Shown here: positions 43,164-52,552 of the stretch, one piece after another | How the letters are laid out: each line of letters opens with the position of its first letter | Position numbering within the stretch: position 1 is the first letter of the stretch | Notes under the pieces: generated by a model | Seen by the model: only the letters and a program-made list of their open reading frames with translations | The model's database searches: none | What the model was told of the DNA's origin: nothing | Made by a program: the position numbers and the translations under genes | NCBI GenBank assembly: GCA_963766075.1 | Contig: CAVYAN010000017.1 | Span: 64,001 to 128,000, forward strand | Source: an uncultured cyanobacterium | GTDB taxonomy: Bacteria > Cyanobacteriota > Cyanobacteriia > Leptolyngbyales > Leptolyngbyaceae | DNA length: 64,000 nt | Direction of reading: 5' to 3'

Positions 43164-43451
43164 GGAGGCGTAGATATCAGTCTTATTGCATCTTCAACCG
43201 ATAAACCTGTTGAAGAAATCCGTAAACTTCAGCAGCAAGTAGGGGATAAATCTCCACAAAGCTAAATTGACCTGCGTAGCGATCGCCTGATAAACCACCA
43301 GAAGGCATTGTTCAACAACTTCTCTTCGCTACTGGATGAACGTGAGCCAATCATGAGCGACTGGGAACTTTAGTAGAGGCAATCCAGTGAGTCATGGAGA
43401 GCGTGATAGGCCATACTAGACGGTAGACACCTTCAATCTTAGGAGTCGTCT

Positions 43452-43679
43452 ATGTTGCTACAAGAAGTCAAGGAGCAGGTCTTCAAACTTTCACCCAGCG
43501 ATCGCCTTGCGTTAGTCAGCGCCATTATTGAGTCCCTACAAGATCAGCCAGTTTCCAGGGCTGATCGTTCTGGTGCGATTCAGCGGATGCGAGGCTTGTT
43601 AAAGACAGACCACCCTGCACCGACAGATGAGGACGTGGCTGCACTGTTGGAAGCGCGACAGGTGGAGAAGTATCTTTAG
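43452..43679 (+). CDS. Antitoxin-like partner of the PIN protein
   Basis: AGGAG RBS, LSPSDRLALV, RGLLK; its stop overlaps the start of the PIN gene. Confidence 0.7.
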   Translation: MLLQEVKEQVFKLSPSDRLALVSAIIESLQDQPVSRADRSGAIQRMRGLLKTDHPAPTDEDVAALLEARQVEKYL

Positions 43680-44107
43680 TGAGAGTTTTAATTGACACCA
43701 ACATTGTCCTAGATTTTCTGTTGCAGCGAGAGCCATTTTCCCAAGACGCAGAGTTGTTGTTTCAAGCGATCGCGGCAGATCGAGTGATCGGATATGTTAC
43801 GGCGACAACGCTCACGGATATTTTTTACATTTCTCGCAAACATACTTGCAGCGTTGAGCAAGCACGGCAAGCCGTTTCAGAAACGCTGACTGCCATGGTC
43901 ATTTGTCCTATTGATCGAGCCGCTTTAGAATTAGCTTTCAACTCCGGCTGGATTGATTTTGAAGATGCTGCTCAAATTTTCGGTGCGGTTGCTCAAGGGC
44001 TGGATGCGATCCTGACCCGCGATAATCAAGGCTTTCTCAGTTCGCCCATACCTGTTTTGTCTATTCAGAAGTTGTTGCAGCAATCAGGGCCGCAGAATCG
44101 AGGGTAG
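43679..44107 (+). CDS. PIN-domain (VapC-like) toxin
   Basis: VLIDTNIVLD..L.REPF, DFEDA, ILTRD. Confidence 0.9.
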   Translation: MRVLIDTNIVLDFLLQREPFSQDAELLFQAIAADRVIGYVTATTLTDIFYISRKHTCSVEQARQAVSETLTAMVICPIDRAALELAFNSGWIDFEDAAQIFGAVAQGLDAILTRDNQGFLSSPIPVLSIQKLLQQSGPQNRG

Positions 44108-44158
44108 TTGGTGAGGCGGCATAGATGGCGATCGTATTGTCAGATTGTCGCAAACGCA

Positions 44159-44251
44159 GTCCAATCGGGATAGGGAGAATCCTCACGAATCCCCTCTTCC
44201 CACACTGCCGGTACCTTTGCTACCGGCAGTCGCGCAACCGGAACGTTGGAC
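44159..44251. mobile_element. Broken attC site containing the 3' end of a group IIC-attC intron on the minus strand
   Basis: GTCCA|ATCGGGATAGGGAG...TTCCCACAC and R' GTTGGAC; minus strand reads GTGTGGGAAGAGGGGATTCGTGAGGATTCTCCCTATCCCGAT|TGGAC. Confidence 0.55.
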
Positions 44252-44374
44252 GCACCCGCAAAGGTTAAAACTTATACAGAGTGGGTAGAATGGAAACTCA
44301 ATCCTCTAAAGTGAAGGGTGAATCAGTAGCCACTGCAAAGCTACAATTTGATTAACATTCAGATGCTTATAACT

Positions 44375-44605
44375 ATGAACTACCGAAACCACATCACGAT
44401 CGAACCCAATAAACGGGGTGGAAAGCCTTGTGTCCGTGGACTGCGGATTACGGTTTATGAAGTGCTTGAGTACCTGGCTTCCGAGATGACCGAAGCAGAA
44501 ATTCTCGATGATTTTCCTGATCTAACGCGAGAAGATTTGAAAGCCTGTATTGCCTATGCTGCCGACCGTGAGCGTCGGTTTATGACCGCTCCATTATCCG
44601 CATGA
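44375..44605 (+). CDS. DUF433 family antitoxin
   Basis: RGGKPCVRGLRITV..VL..LA......EIL.DFPDL..ED..AC..YAA. Confidence 0.92.
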   Translation: MNYRNHITIEPNKRGGKPCVRGLRITVYEVLEYLASEMTEAEILDDFPDLTREDLKACIAYAADRERRFMTAPLSA

Positions 44606-44934
44606 AATTACTCTTTGATGAAAACTTGTCACCCAAATTGCCAAACCGTTTAAGTGATCTTTTCCCAAGTTCGCTTCACGTTCGAGATGCGGGCATGAAG
44701 GCGATGATCGACCCAATCGTTTGGGATTACACCAAGGATAATAATTTGATGATTGTCTCGAAAGATGCGGATATGCACGACCTCAGCCTAGTATTTGGAA
44801 ATCCACCGAAAGTGATTTGGCTTCGCCTTGGAAATTGTTCGACATCACAGGTGGAGCACTTGCTACGTCAGAGTTTTGACGCGATCAAGTTATTCCATGA
44901 AGATGAGAACTTATCGCTACTGGCTTTATCGTAA
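44602..44934 (+). CDS. DUF5615 family PIN-like toxin
   Basis: MKLLFDENLS, HVRD, IVSKDAD, PPKVIWLRLGN. Confidence 0.9.
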   Translation: MKLLFDENLSPKLPNRLSDLFPSSLHVRDAGMKAMIDPIVWDYTKDNNLMIVSKDADMHDLSLVFGNPPKVIWLRLGNCSTSQVEHLLRQSFDAIKLFHEDENLSLLALS

Positions 44935-44965
44935 TCCGCAACGGTCTACGCGCCAAGTCATCCTA

Positions 44966-45140
44966 GGCGATTTCCCAGAAATAATATATCCACTGGGTCA
45001 TCAATCCGCTGGCTACCCTGCGGGAAGTAAACTACGACTTCGCTCAGCCAGCGGAAGATTGCTCCCTACCCTGCGGGAAGCGAACTACGACTCCACTCCG
45101 GGAGCAATCTGGGTCGGTAGATTCTTGTATAGAACTCTCC
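44966..45140. mobile_element. MITE copy with diverged right end
   Basis: Left end GGCGATTTCCCAGAAATAATATA; internal CTACCCTGCGGGAAG...ACTACG modules as in the other copies. Confidence 0.65.
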
Positions 45141-45164
45141 GAATTTGAAGTGTGGCGATCGCGG

Positions 45165-45980
45165 TTAAGTCGGGGGCATCACCACCTTACGAGCAAGGCC
45201 CAAACGCTTTAATAGCCAAATAGCCCACCAGGTTGGATCGTACTCCCACCAGCGCCAGCCCGCCTTGGCCACATGGGGATAGGCATGATGATTATTGTGC
45301 CACCCCTCGCCATAGGTCAAAATGGCCGCCCACCAGAGATTCCGAGAATTGTCATTCACCTCAAACGTGCGATACCCCCACAGATGGGTAACCGAATTGA
45401 TAAACCAGGTGCTGTGCCACAGCAAAACGGCCCTCACAAACATGCCATACACGACAAATGACCAGCCACCCAGCACATAGAGCAACAGCCCCAAGGGGAC
45501 TTGCAGCAGGAGAAAATAGCGGTTGAGCCAGCGATAGAACCCCTGACGAGCCAGGTCAGGCGCAAACTTTTGATAGTGCTCATAGTCAAAAAATTCCGGC
45601 TTCGGGTAAAAGATCCACAGCATGTGGCTCCACCAAAATCCCCGCTTCGCCGAGTAGGGATCCTGCTCCACATCCTCCGTATGGGCATGGTGCAACCGAT
45701 GCCCTGCCACCCAAAAAATCGGGCCGCCCTGGAGTGCCAGCGTTCCCAGGATGGCGATCGCATACTCCAACCCGCGCGGTACCTGCAAACTGCGATGGCT
45801 CAACAAACGGTGATAGCCCAAGCAAATGCCAATACTGCCGAATAACCAGTGCAGAAATAGGGTGATCCCCAGGGCAGACCAAGAGAAGCACCAGATGGCT
45901 GAAAGGGCGAGCACATGAATAGTTGCGAAAAAGAAAACCGCTGTCCAATCTAGCGGATATTGAGTCGGCATTATTTGCAT
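45165..45980 (-). CDS. Delta-9-type acyl-lipid desaturase (DesC/DesF-like) in the low-oxygen operon
   Basis: His boxes HRLLSH, HRLHH, HNNHH. Confidence 0.9.
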   Translation of the reverse strand: MQIMPTQYPLDWTAVFFFATIHVLALSAIWCFSWSALGITLFLHWLFGSIGICLGYHRLLSHRSLQVPRGLEYAIAILGTLALQGGPIFWVAGHRLHHAHTEDVEQDPYSAKRGFWWSHMLWIFYPKPEFFDYEHYQKFAPDLARQGFYRWLNRYFLLLQVPLGLLLYVLGGWSFVVYGMFVRAVLLWHSTWFINSVTHLWGYRTFEVNDNSRNLWWAAILTYGEGWHNNHHAYPHVAKAGWRWWEYDPTWWAIWLLKRLGLARKVVMPPT

Positions 45981-46000
45981 TAGAACATCTCAAAAAATAC

Positions 46001-47410
46001 TCAAATGGATTTGGAAAAGGTTTGGCTCGCACAATTGACCGAGCGATCGCGGAGATAGGCATCAAACATCGCAGCGATATTGCGAATCAATAGTCGGCCA
46101 ATTGGCGTCACTTCAATGCCATCACTCCAGCGCTTGATCAAGCCATCGGCTTCGAGGACATCAAGTTGGGATAATTCTTGGGCAAAGTAGTCATTGAAAT
46201 CGCAATCAAAGCCAAGGTGATACTTAGCCTCCAAATCCGCTACCGACACTTGAAATTGACACATCAGTTCCATAATCACGGTCCGCCGGATCAGGTCGTC
46301 CTGGCTGAGACGAACCCCTTTTTCAATGGGTAACGCGTTGGCATCGATCGCCCGATAAAAGTCTTTCAGGCGCTTGTGGTTTTGACAATACACATCCTGC
46401 AACATACTGATAGAGGTCATGCCAAAGCCGAGCAAATCCGATTCTGGCTGAGTGGTGTAGCCTTGGAAGTTGCGATGCAGTTGTCCAGCCTGTTGCGCGA
46501 TCGCCAATTCATCATTAGGCTTGGCAAAGTGGTCCATGCCAATAAACACATAGCCATTGTGGGTCAATTGGGCGATCGTGTTTTGCAGAATGGTGAGCTT
46601 TTCTGCCGCACTGGGCAAGGCAGCCTCTGGCATGCGTTTTTGGACGGGTTTCAGCCACGGCACATAGGCGAAATTGAAGACGGCAATGCGATCGGGATTT
46701 AATTGCAGAGTCTTCCCCACAGTTTCCTGAAACGTGGCTGCACTCTGGTGGGGCAAGCCATAGATCAAATCCACATTGACACTTTCAAACTGGGCTTCAC
46801 GAATCCAATCCATGACCTCAAACAACATCGCCTCGGGCTGCACCCGATTGATCGCAGCCTGCACCTTAGGATTAAAATCTTGAATGCCAAAGCTAATCCG
46901 GTTGAAGCCTAATTGACGCAGAAATAGAATATAGTCGCGATCCACGTAGCGGGGATTAATTTCAATCGAGACTTCCGCTGATTCAGCCAGGTGAAAATAA
47001 TGATTGAACTGGTTCCAAAGAAACTCCACCTGGTGCGGGTCTAAATAATTCGGTGTGCCACCACCCCAATGCAACTGATGCACCCGGCGATCGCCATCCA
47101 CCAACTGAGCCACCTGCCGAATTTGGCGGGCCAGATAGCCTAAATAGGGTTCTGCAACTTCTTTGCGTTGGGTGATGATCGTGTTGCAGCCGCAGAAGTA
47201 ACACGGCGTTTCACAGAATGGGATGTGACAGTAGAGCGATAAGGGGGTTTGCTTATGGTTACCGACGGCGATCGCGGTGGCAAAGGCGTTGGCATCAAAG
47301 TCTGTATTTAATTCTGTAGCCGGGGGATAACTGGTGTAGCGTGGGACCGGCTGGTTGTATTGATTTAACAATGCGGCATCAAATTTAACCGTTTGGGCTA
47401 ACTGTTTCAT
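46001..47410 (-). CDS. hemN: Oxygen-independent coproporphyrinogen III oxidase
   Basis: PRYTSYP, HIPFCETPCYFCGC radical SAM motif, WGGGTP, RNFQGY. Confidence 0.95.
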   Translation of the reverse strand: MKQLAQTVKFDAALLNQYNQPVPRYTSYPPATELNTDFDANAFATAIAVGNHKQTPLSLYCHIPFCETPCYFCGCNTIITQRKEVAEPYLGYLARQIRQVAQLVDGDRRVHQLHWGGGTPNYLDPHQVEFLWNQFNHYFHLAESAEVSIEINPRYVDRDYILFLRQLGFNRISFGIQDFNPKVQAAINRVQPEAMLFEVMDWIREAQFESVNVDLIYGLPHQSAATFQETVGKTLQLNPDRIAVFNFAYVPWLKPVQKRMPEAALPSAAEKLTILQNTIAQLTHNGYVFIGMDHFAKPNDELAIAQQAGQLHRNFQGYTTQPESDLLGFGMTSISMLQDVYCQNHKRLKDFYRAIDANALPIEKGVRLSQDDLIRRTVIMELMCQFQVSVADLEAKYHLGFDCDFNDYFAQELSQLDVLEADGLIKRWSDGIEVTPIGRLLIRNIAAMFDAYLRDRSVNCASQTFSKSI

Positions 47411-47660
47411 GAATGGATGTTTCCTGCGAGTGTGGCCTGGGTTTAGAGTCCTGTAGGTTTAGAGTCTTGAACGAGTCAGTGGGGATGCATAGCTTTGGAG
47501 CGCATAGCTTTGGAGCGTATAGTTTTGGAGCGCATAGCTAAAGCGCCTAGCTAAAGGGAGGCGTAAGCGGCTGATCCACCTAGCTCTCCACCCTCTTCTC
47601 TCTTGGACAAGGGATAAATCTGGCACCCCTTCCCTCTCAGGGAAGGGGTTGGGGTTAGAT

Positions 47661-48419
47661 CTAGGTCGCAACGGGTTCGCGCTCCGCCCCAGAAGCGCGG
47701 CCATGGGCATGATGCTCTGTGCTGCCGGGACGATCCTGCCGCGTGAGCAAATCGAAGGTATGCTCGCCGATCGCGGCCTTCACATCGGCTTCCAGTTCAT
47801 GCACCACATCCCGGTTCAGCGCAAAGGCCGTATTGGCTTCGGCCACAATGCGTTCAATGGTGGTTGCGTCGATCGGGAGCTGATCCAGGGTTTGGCGATA
47901 GCGTTCCTTAAAGGCACGTCGAGCCTCCGGAGTCGCAATTTGGGCAAATTCATAGAACTCTGTGCCCTGGACCGTGGGCAAGGATAATGCAGCTCGAATC
48001 ACATTCTTCAAGCTTTGCCCGCCGGACAAATCTCCCATGTAGCGGGTGTAGGCATGGGCGATCAGCAGCACGGGATCGGTTGCCGAGAGGGCTTGAATGC
48101 GATCGCGATACACGACTCCCGCCGGCGAAGCTGTAATTTGCGACTGCCAAGTTTCTCCGTAATAAAAGGCGAGATCACGGGCTAAATTCTCAGTCCGGTT
48201 TAACTCTGGGAAATAAAGGGGACCGAGGATCGGATGGTTGCTGTGGCGCTGCAAAGCGGCTTCGAGGGTGCTGTAGACAAAATACAAATCGGCAAAGAGT
48301 TTCCGTAGGGGTTCCCGCTCCACAATGCCTTTCACAAAGCATTTCATAAAGGCCGTGTTCTCTGCGGTGGTGTGGGAATGTTGGGTGCCTTCCCGTAGAC
48401 AGGTTGATAGCGTAGTCAT
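47661..48419 (-). CDS. ho2: Heme oxygenase (ho2 type)
   Basis: LREGT..SHT.AEN, AHAYTRYMGDLSGGQ; between acsF and hemN. Confidence 0.9.
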   Translation of the reverse strand: MTTLSTCLREGTQHSHTTAENTAFMKCFVKGIVEREPLRKLFADLYFVYSTLEAALQRHSNHPILGPLYFPELNRTENLARDLAFYYGETWQSQITASPAGVVYRDRIQALSATDPVLLIAHAYTRYMGDLSGGQSLKNVIRAALSLPTVQGTEFYEFAQIATPEARRAFKERYRQTLDQLPIDATTIERIVAEANTAFALNRDVVHELEADVKAAIGEHTFDLLTRQDRPGSTEHHAHGRASGAEREPVAT

Positions 48420-48430
48420 GATTACATCTC

Positions 48431-49507
48431 CTAATGAATTGCAGTTCTGGAGTCTTCGGCATTAATTGAGGGCAGTAAATAAAGGCGCAACAACTGCCAT
48501 GCAATCACCGCGATCCAGGGTAATTTTTGGAAAAATTTGATCACTGTAGGGTGCTGACTGTTAGCGATTTCCGCCAACTTTTGATTTGCGATCGCACACT
48601 GATCCAACCGGGTAAAAAATTCAGGATGATTTGTATCTAAAATGCTGGGAAAGGCGCGTTGAGCGGTTTCATTGGTGTGCTGAATTACCTGTCGGTTATA
48701 GTCCTCGGGATCGATGCCAATCGAGTCATAAAATGAGGAGCGCTCCAAGACCGTCATCGTGTGGGTCGCAAACACCGTTAGCAGGAAAAAGCGCGCCCAG
48801 AGCTTGGATTGCCACGTGTTCCAGAGTTGGGGCTGCGATCGCAGCAACACTTTAAAGAAATCCCCATGGCGATTTTCATCCTGACACCAATTCTCAAAAT
48901 AGCGAAACAAAGGATAAATCCGATGCTCGGGGTGTTTTTCGAGATGGCGGTAGACCAAAATATAGCGCCAGTAGCCAATTTTTTCCGATAAATAGACGGT
49001 GTAGATTACCCATTCCGGCGGAAAGAACGTGTAGGTGCGATTTTTAGTTAAATAGCCCAGGTCGAGAGAGAGGCCAAAGTCTGCCATGGCCTTGTTCAAA
49101 AACCCGGCATGCCGCGCTTCATCCCGCGCCAGTAGATTAAATGCTTCAGACAGAATAGGATTGCGCGTCTTGAGCTTGCGGGAGAGTTCTTTGAACAGCA
49201 GAAAGCCCGAAAATTCCGAGGTGCAGGAGCGTTCGAGAAAATCAATAAACGATCGCCGGGTTTCGCCATCAATGTGTTCCCAGCATTGCTCAAACTCTTC
49301 ATTGCGGACAAAATGGTAGCGGTTATAGTCCGCGCGCAATTCTGCCATCACCGCTTCTAGTTCTGCCTGTTGTCCAGACAGATCCATCTGAGCCACAGCA
49401 TCAAAATCTGTCGTGTAAAAACGTGGCGTTAATAGGGTTTCTTGAACAGGTGCTTTAATACCAGCGGACCGACCCGCTGACTGGGGTTGTGTAATTGAAC
49501 TGACCAT
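48431..49507 (-). CDS. acsF: Mg-protoporphyrin IX monomethyl ester oxidative cyclase, low-oxygen paralog (AcsF-II/ChlA-II)
   Basis: [41 protein letters not shown]. Confidence 0.95.
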   Translation of the reverse strand: MVSSITQPQSAGRSAGIKAPVQETLLTPRFYTTDFDAVAQMDLSGQQAELEAVMAELRADYNRYHFVRNEEFEQCWEHIDGETRRSFIDFLERSCTSEFSGFLLFKELSRKLKTRNPILSEAFNLLARDEARHAGFLNKAMADFGLSLDLGYLTKNRTYTFFPPEWVIYTVYLSEKIGYWRYILVYRHLEKHPEHRIYPLFRYFENWCQDENRHGDFFKVLLRSQPQLWNTWQSKLWARFFLLTVFATHTMTVLERSSFYDSIGIDPEDYNRQVIQHTNETAQRAFPSILDTNHPEFFTRLDQCAIANQKLAEIANSQHPTVIKFFQKLPWIAVIAWQLLRLYLLPSINAEDSRTAIH

Positions 49508-49595
49508 AGCGTGGATTGTTCGGAATGGATAACTGTGCATTACTTTCCCTGAATCCGCGATCGCCCACAAGTCAGTTACCCCGGCCATCCCTTAG

Positions 49596-49608
49596 TTACG
49601 AATGGGAA
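49596..49608 (-). promoter_or_regulatory. Candidate ChlR binding site
   Basis: Minus strand TTCCC-ATT-CGTAA, one mismatch to TTMCC-N3/4-GGWAA, upstream of acsF-ho2-hemN. Confidence 0.5.
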
Positions 49609-49788
49609 AGCATTCCGGGCAACTGGCGATTAGGGGCATTTCTAAAGAAATATTGAAATTCTGGTTTTGCCTATCCAAAGAACGTTACAACGATTCTACA
49701 GATCCAACTCGGCTGGAAATGGCGCGTTGTGCTGGTGCGATCGCGCTACCATCTATGCCTGAAATATCCCCTGAAATATCCTCAGTGA

Positions 49789-50163
49789 ATGGAGTTTATG
49801 CTGGAAGCCAACCCGTGCTTAGACGTGAAATGTCCCATTCAATTTGTTGTGGATTTGTTGGACAATAAATGGTCAATTTTAGTGCTCCGGGAATTGTTTG
49901 GGGGCGATCGCCGGACCCATGAATTGCTCTCGGCGCTTCCGGGCATCAGTACCAAAACCCTGACCCAACGCCTTCGCGAGATGGAGATGCAAGGGCTAGT
50001 GGAGCGGCGAGTCTATGCCGAGGTGCCGCCACGGGTGGAATACTCCCTAACGGTGAAGGGTCGCCAAATTCAGCCCGTTATGGCAGCGCTGCACCAGGTG
50101 GGGTCACAGTGGCTAGAGCAGGAATTATGCGTTTGCCCCCTGACCACCCTGGATGCAGGCTAG
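49789..50163 (+). CDS. HxlR-family winged-helix regulator
   Basis: CPI....DLL..KWS..VLREL, GISTKTLTQRLRE, YAEVPPRVEYSLT. Confidence 0.9.
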   Translation: MEFMLEANPCLDVKCPIQFVVDLLDNKWSILVLRELFGGDRRTHELLSALPGISTKTLTQRLREMEMQGLVERRVYAEVPPRVEYSLTVKGRQIQPVMAALHQVGSQWLEQELCVCPLTTLDAG

Positions 50164-50306
50164 CGCCAAGGCCGATGACCGGTGCCCCGTGGCCGCCCGT
50201 GCACCTGGGGAACGCACCCGTGCGCCGATGGCCAACTATCCCACAGGCCCAACTATTCCACAGAGGAAAATAAGTAGAATTGACTGCGCGATAGAAGCAC
50301 ACTATA

Positions 50307-50325
50307 GTTGAGAATATATTGCAAT
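50307..50325. promoter_or_regulatory. Candidate Fur box upstream of feoAB
   Basis: Imperfect palindrome GTTGAGAATATATTGCAAT about 45 bp before feoA. Confidence 0.65.
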
Positions 50326-50368
50326 ACAGTGCACTCTATCCTCATCACTCTCCTATCTTTATCGCTCT

Positions 50369-50665
50369 ATGTCCAATGCTCTCTCTACGCCCATGGCTGA
50401 GGCTTCCCTTAACGATCTCAAGCCGGGGCAGTCGGCCACTATCCTAGCCCTCCATATAGACGCTCGCCTGCAACACCGCTTCTGTGCGTTGGGGTTGCGC
50501 TGTGGGCAAGAAATCCAGATGCTGCGTCAGGGGCAGATGAAGGGGCCGCTGCATGTGCGGGTGGGGATGACAGAAGTGATGCTGCGTCGCTGTGATGCCC
50601 GCCGAATTTCCATTGTGGCTGTTCCTATCACGGTTTCTGCCGCCACCGTTGCAGGAGTCGCATGA
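50369..50665 (+). CDS. feoA: Ferrous iron transport protein A
   Basis: L..LKPGQ.A.I, LGL..G, GPL.VRVG..EV.LR. Confidence 0.9.
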   Translation: MSNALSTPMAEASLNDLKPGQSATILALHIDARLQHRFCALGLRCGQEIQMLRQGQMKGPLHVRVGMTEVMLRRCDARRISIVAVPITVSAATVAGVA

Positions 50666-52455
50666 GACAGATTGCGGTTCTGGGAATGCCCAACACGGGT
50701 AAATCAACCTTTTTTAACCGAATTACCGGCTCCCATGCCCACATTGGCAATTGGCCTGGGATTACCGTTGATCTGATGATGGCAGAGGTGAAACTGGGCG
50801 ACGAAGTCGCTGAAGTGGTCGATTTGCCCGGAATTTATGACCTGCGCGGGTTTTCGGAGGATGAAGCCGTTGTGCGGTGTTTTCTAGAGAAAACGCCGCT
50901 CGATTTAGTTCTAATTATTCTCAATACCACTCAGATCGATCGCCAAATGATATTGCCCCTGCAGGTGCAGCAATTGGGCCTGCCTGCCGTGATTTTGCTC
51001 AATATGGCTGATGAAGCACGGCGCTTTGGGGTGCAGGTAGAACCGGATGTTCTGGCCCAGCGTTTAGGCATGCCGGTGCTGCCCATCAGTGCTAAGTACG
51101 GCATGGGCTATCCTGCGGCGATCGCCACCATCACCACTTGGCTACAGCAGCACCACGGCTTGAGTCAGGTTGAAGGACTGGAATCCCGGTTACTGAGTGA
51201 TCAACAACTGGCGGATGATCTCAAAGGCATCCTGGCGGGGGCTGTCCACATGCCTCTGCGGCTGTCGGATCGGTGGACGAGTGGGTTAGATCGCATTTTG
51301 CTGCATCCGGTACTGGGGCTGCCGATTTTTTTTGGAATCATGTACCTGATTTTCCAGGCCATTTACGCCCTTGGTGCTCCGCTGCAAGCTCTAATGGGAG
51401 CGGGTCTGGACTGGATCAAGATCAATGCCTTAATCCCAGTGCTGTCCCCCTTGCCTGCCTTTCTCAAAGGGTTTCTGATCGATGGGCTGTATGAGGGCAT
51501 CGGCACTGTGGCGGCGTTCCTCCCGGTGATCTTCCTCTTTTTTCTGTGTATGGCGATCGTGGAGGATAGCGGTTATCTTTCGCGATCGGCGTTTTTGATG
51601 GACGCCTTGATGGAACGCTTGGGATTGGATGGACGATCCTTTGTGATGGCACTCATGGGATTTGGCTGCAACGTTCCGGCGATTTTGGGGACACGGGTGA
51701 TGCGATCGCCCGGACTGCGGATGCTGTCGATGCTGGTGATTCCGTTTTCCCTGTGCTCCGCCCGGTTAAACGTCTTTCTATTTATGTCCACGGCGCTGTT
51801 TGCGCCAGCCCAAGCGTCCACGGTTATCTTCAGCCTCTATCTCCTCAGTTTTGCGGCAGCCCTGTTGACGGCAACCTTGTTCAAGGGCAAATTTCCCAGC
51901 GAAGAACCCTTGGTGCTGGAACTGCCACCCTATCGGTTTCCCACGATCAAACAAATGCTGGTGCGGGCCTGGTGCGAGGTGAAGCACTTCTGGTTTTGGT
52001 CGCGGCGCTTCATCATTTTTGGCGTGATTGCCATCTGGCTGCTCAATAACTTGCCCATGAATGTGCCCCCGGCCAGTGCCCAAACGCTGTCGGGTATGAT
52101 TGGGCAAGCTTTACAGCCCGTGTTTGCACCGCTCGGTATCAACCCGCAGCTCACCGTCGCCCTGTTTTTTGGCTTTATTGCCAAAGAGATTGTCTTGGGC
52201 GGACTAGCGGTGATTTACGGCCAGCCCGAAGGCGGTGATTTAGCCGGGGCGATCGCCCACCAGATTGATTGGGTTCAAGCCTACAGTTTTATGCTGTTTA
52301 CATTGCTGTATGTGCCCTGCTTATCTACTGTGGCCGTGCTCAAGAGTGAATCCAAAAGCGTCAAATTTGCGCTGTTCTCGGTGGGTTGGTCACTCGTACT
52401 GGCTTGGCTAGCAAGTTTTATTTTTTACCAAGGGGCCAGGGCCTTTGGGTTTTAA
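50662..52455 (+). CDS. feoB: Ferrous iron transport protein B
   Basis: GMPNTGKST, GNWPGITV, DLPG, EDSGYLSR, GFGCNVPA, YVPC. Confidence 0.95.
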   Translation: MRQIAVLGMPNTGKSTFFNRITGSHAHIGNWPGITVDLMMAEVKLGDEVAEVVDLPGIYDLRGFSEDEAVVRCFLEKTPLDLVLIILNTTQIDRQMILPLQVQQLGLPAVILLNMADEARRFGVQVEPDVLAQRLGMPVLPISAKYGMGYPAAIATITTWLQQHHGLSQVEGLESRLLSDQQLADDLKGILAGAVHMPLRLSDRWTSGLDRILLHPVLGLPIFFGIMYLIFQAIYALGAPLQALMGAGLDWIKINALIPVLSPLPAFLKGFLIDGLYEGIGTVAAFLPVIFLFFLCMAIVEDSGYLSRSAFLMDALMERLGLDGRSFVMALMGFGCNVPAILGTRVMRSPGLRMLSMLVIPFSLCSARLNVFLFMSTALFAPAQASTVIFSLYLLSFAAALLTATLFKGKFPSEEPLVLELPPYRFPTIKQMLVRAWCEVKHFWFWSRRFIIFGVIAIWLLNNLPMNVPPASAQTLSGMIGQALQPVFAPLGINPQLTVALFFGFIAKEIVLGGLAVIYGQPEGGDLAGAIAHQIDWVQAYSFMLFTLLYVPCLSTVAVLKSESKSVKFALFSVGWSLVLAWLASFIFYQGARAFGF

Positions 52456-52552
52456 TGGCGTTGCTCCAGCGTTTACCCGGGCTAGGGTTTGAGCGCATAG
52501 CGCCGGCACGAGATCCATTGGCTAGTGAACTCCGGCTAGCATCATCGCCGCG

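Noticed and set aside
43165..43375. Coding-like fragment between the attC-like site and the PIN operon
   Set aside because: Interrupted by stops and not assignable to a family
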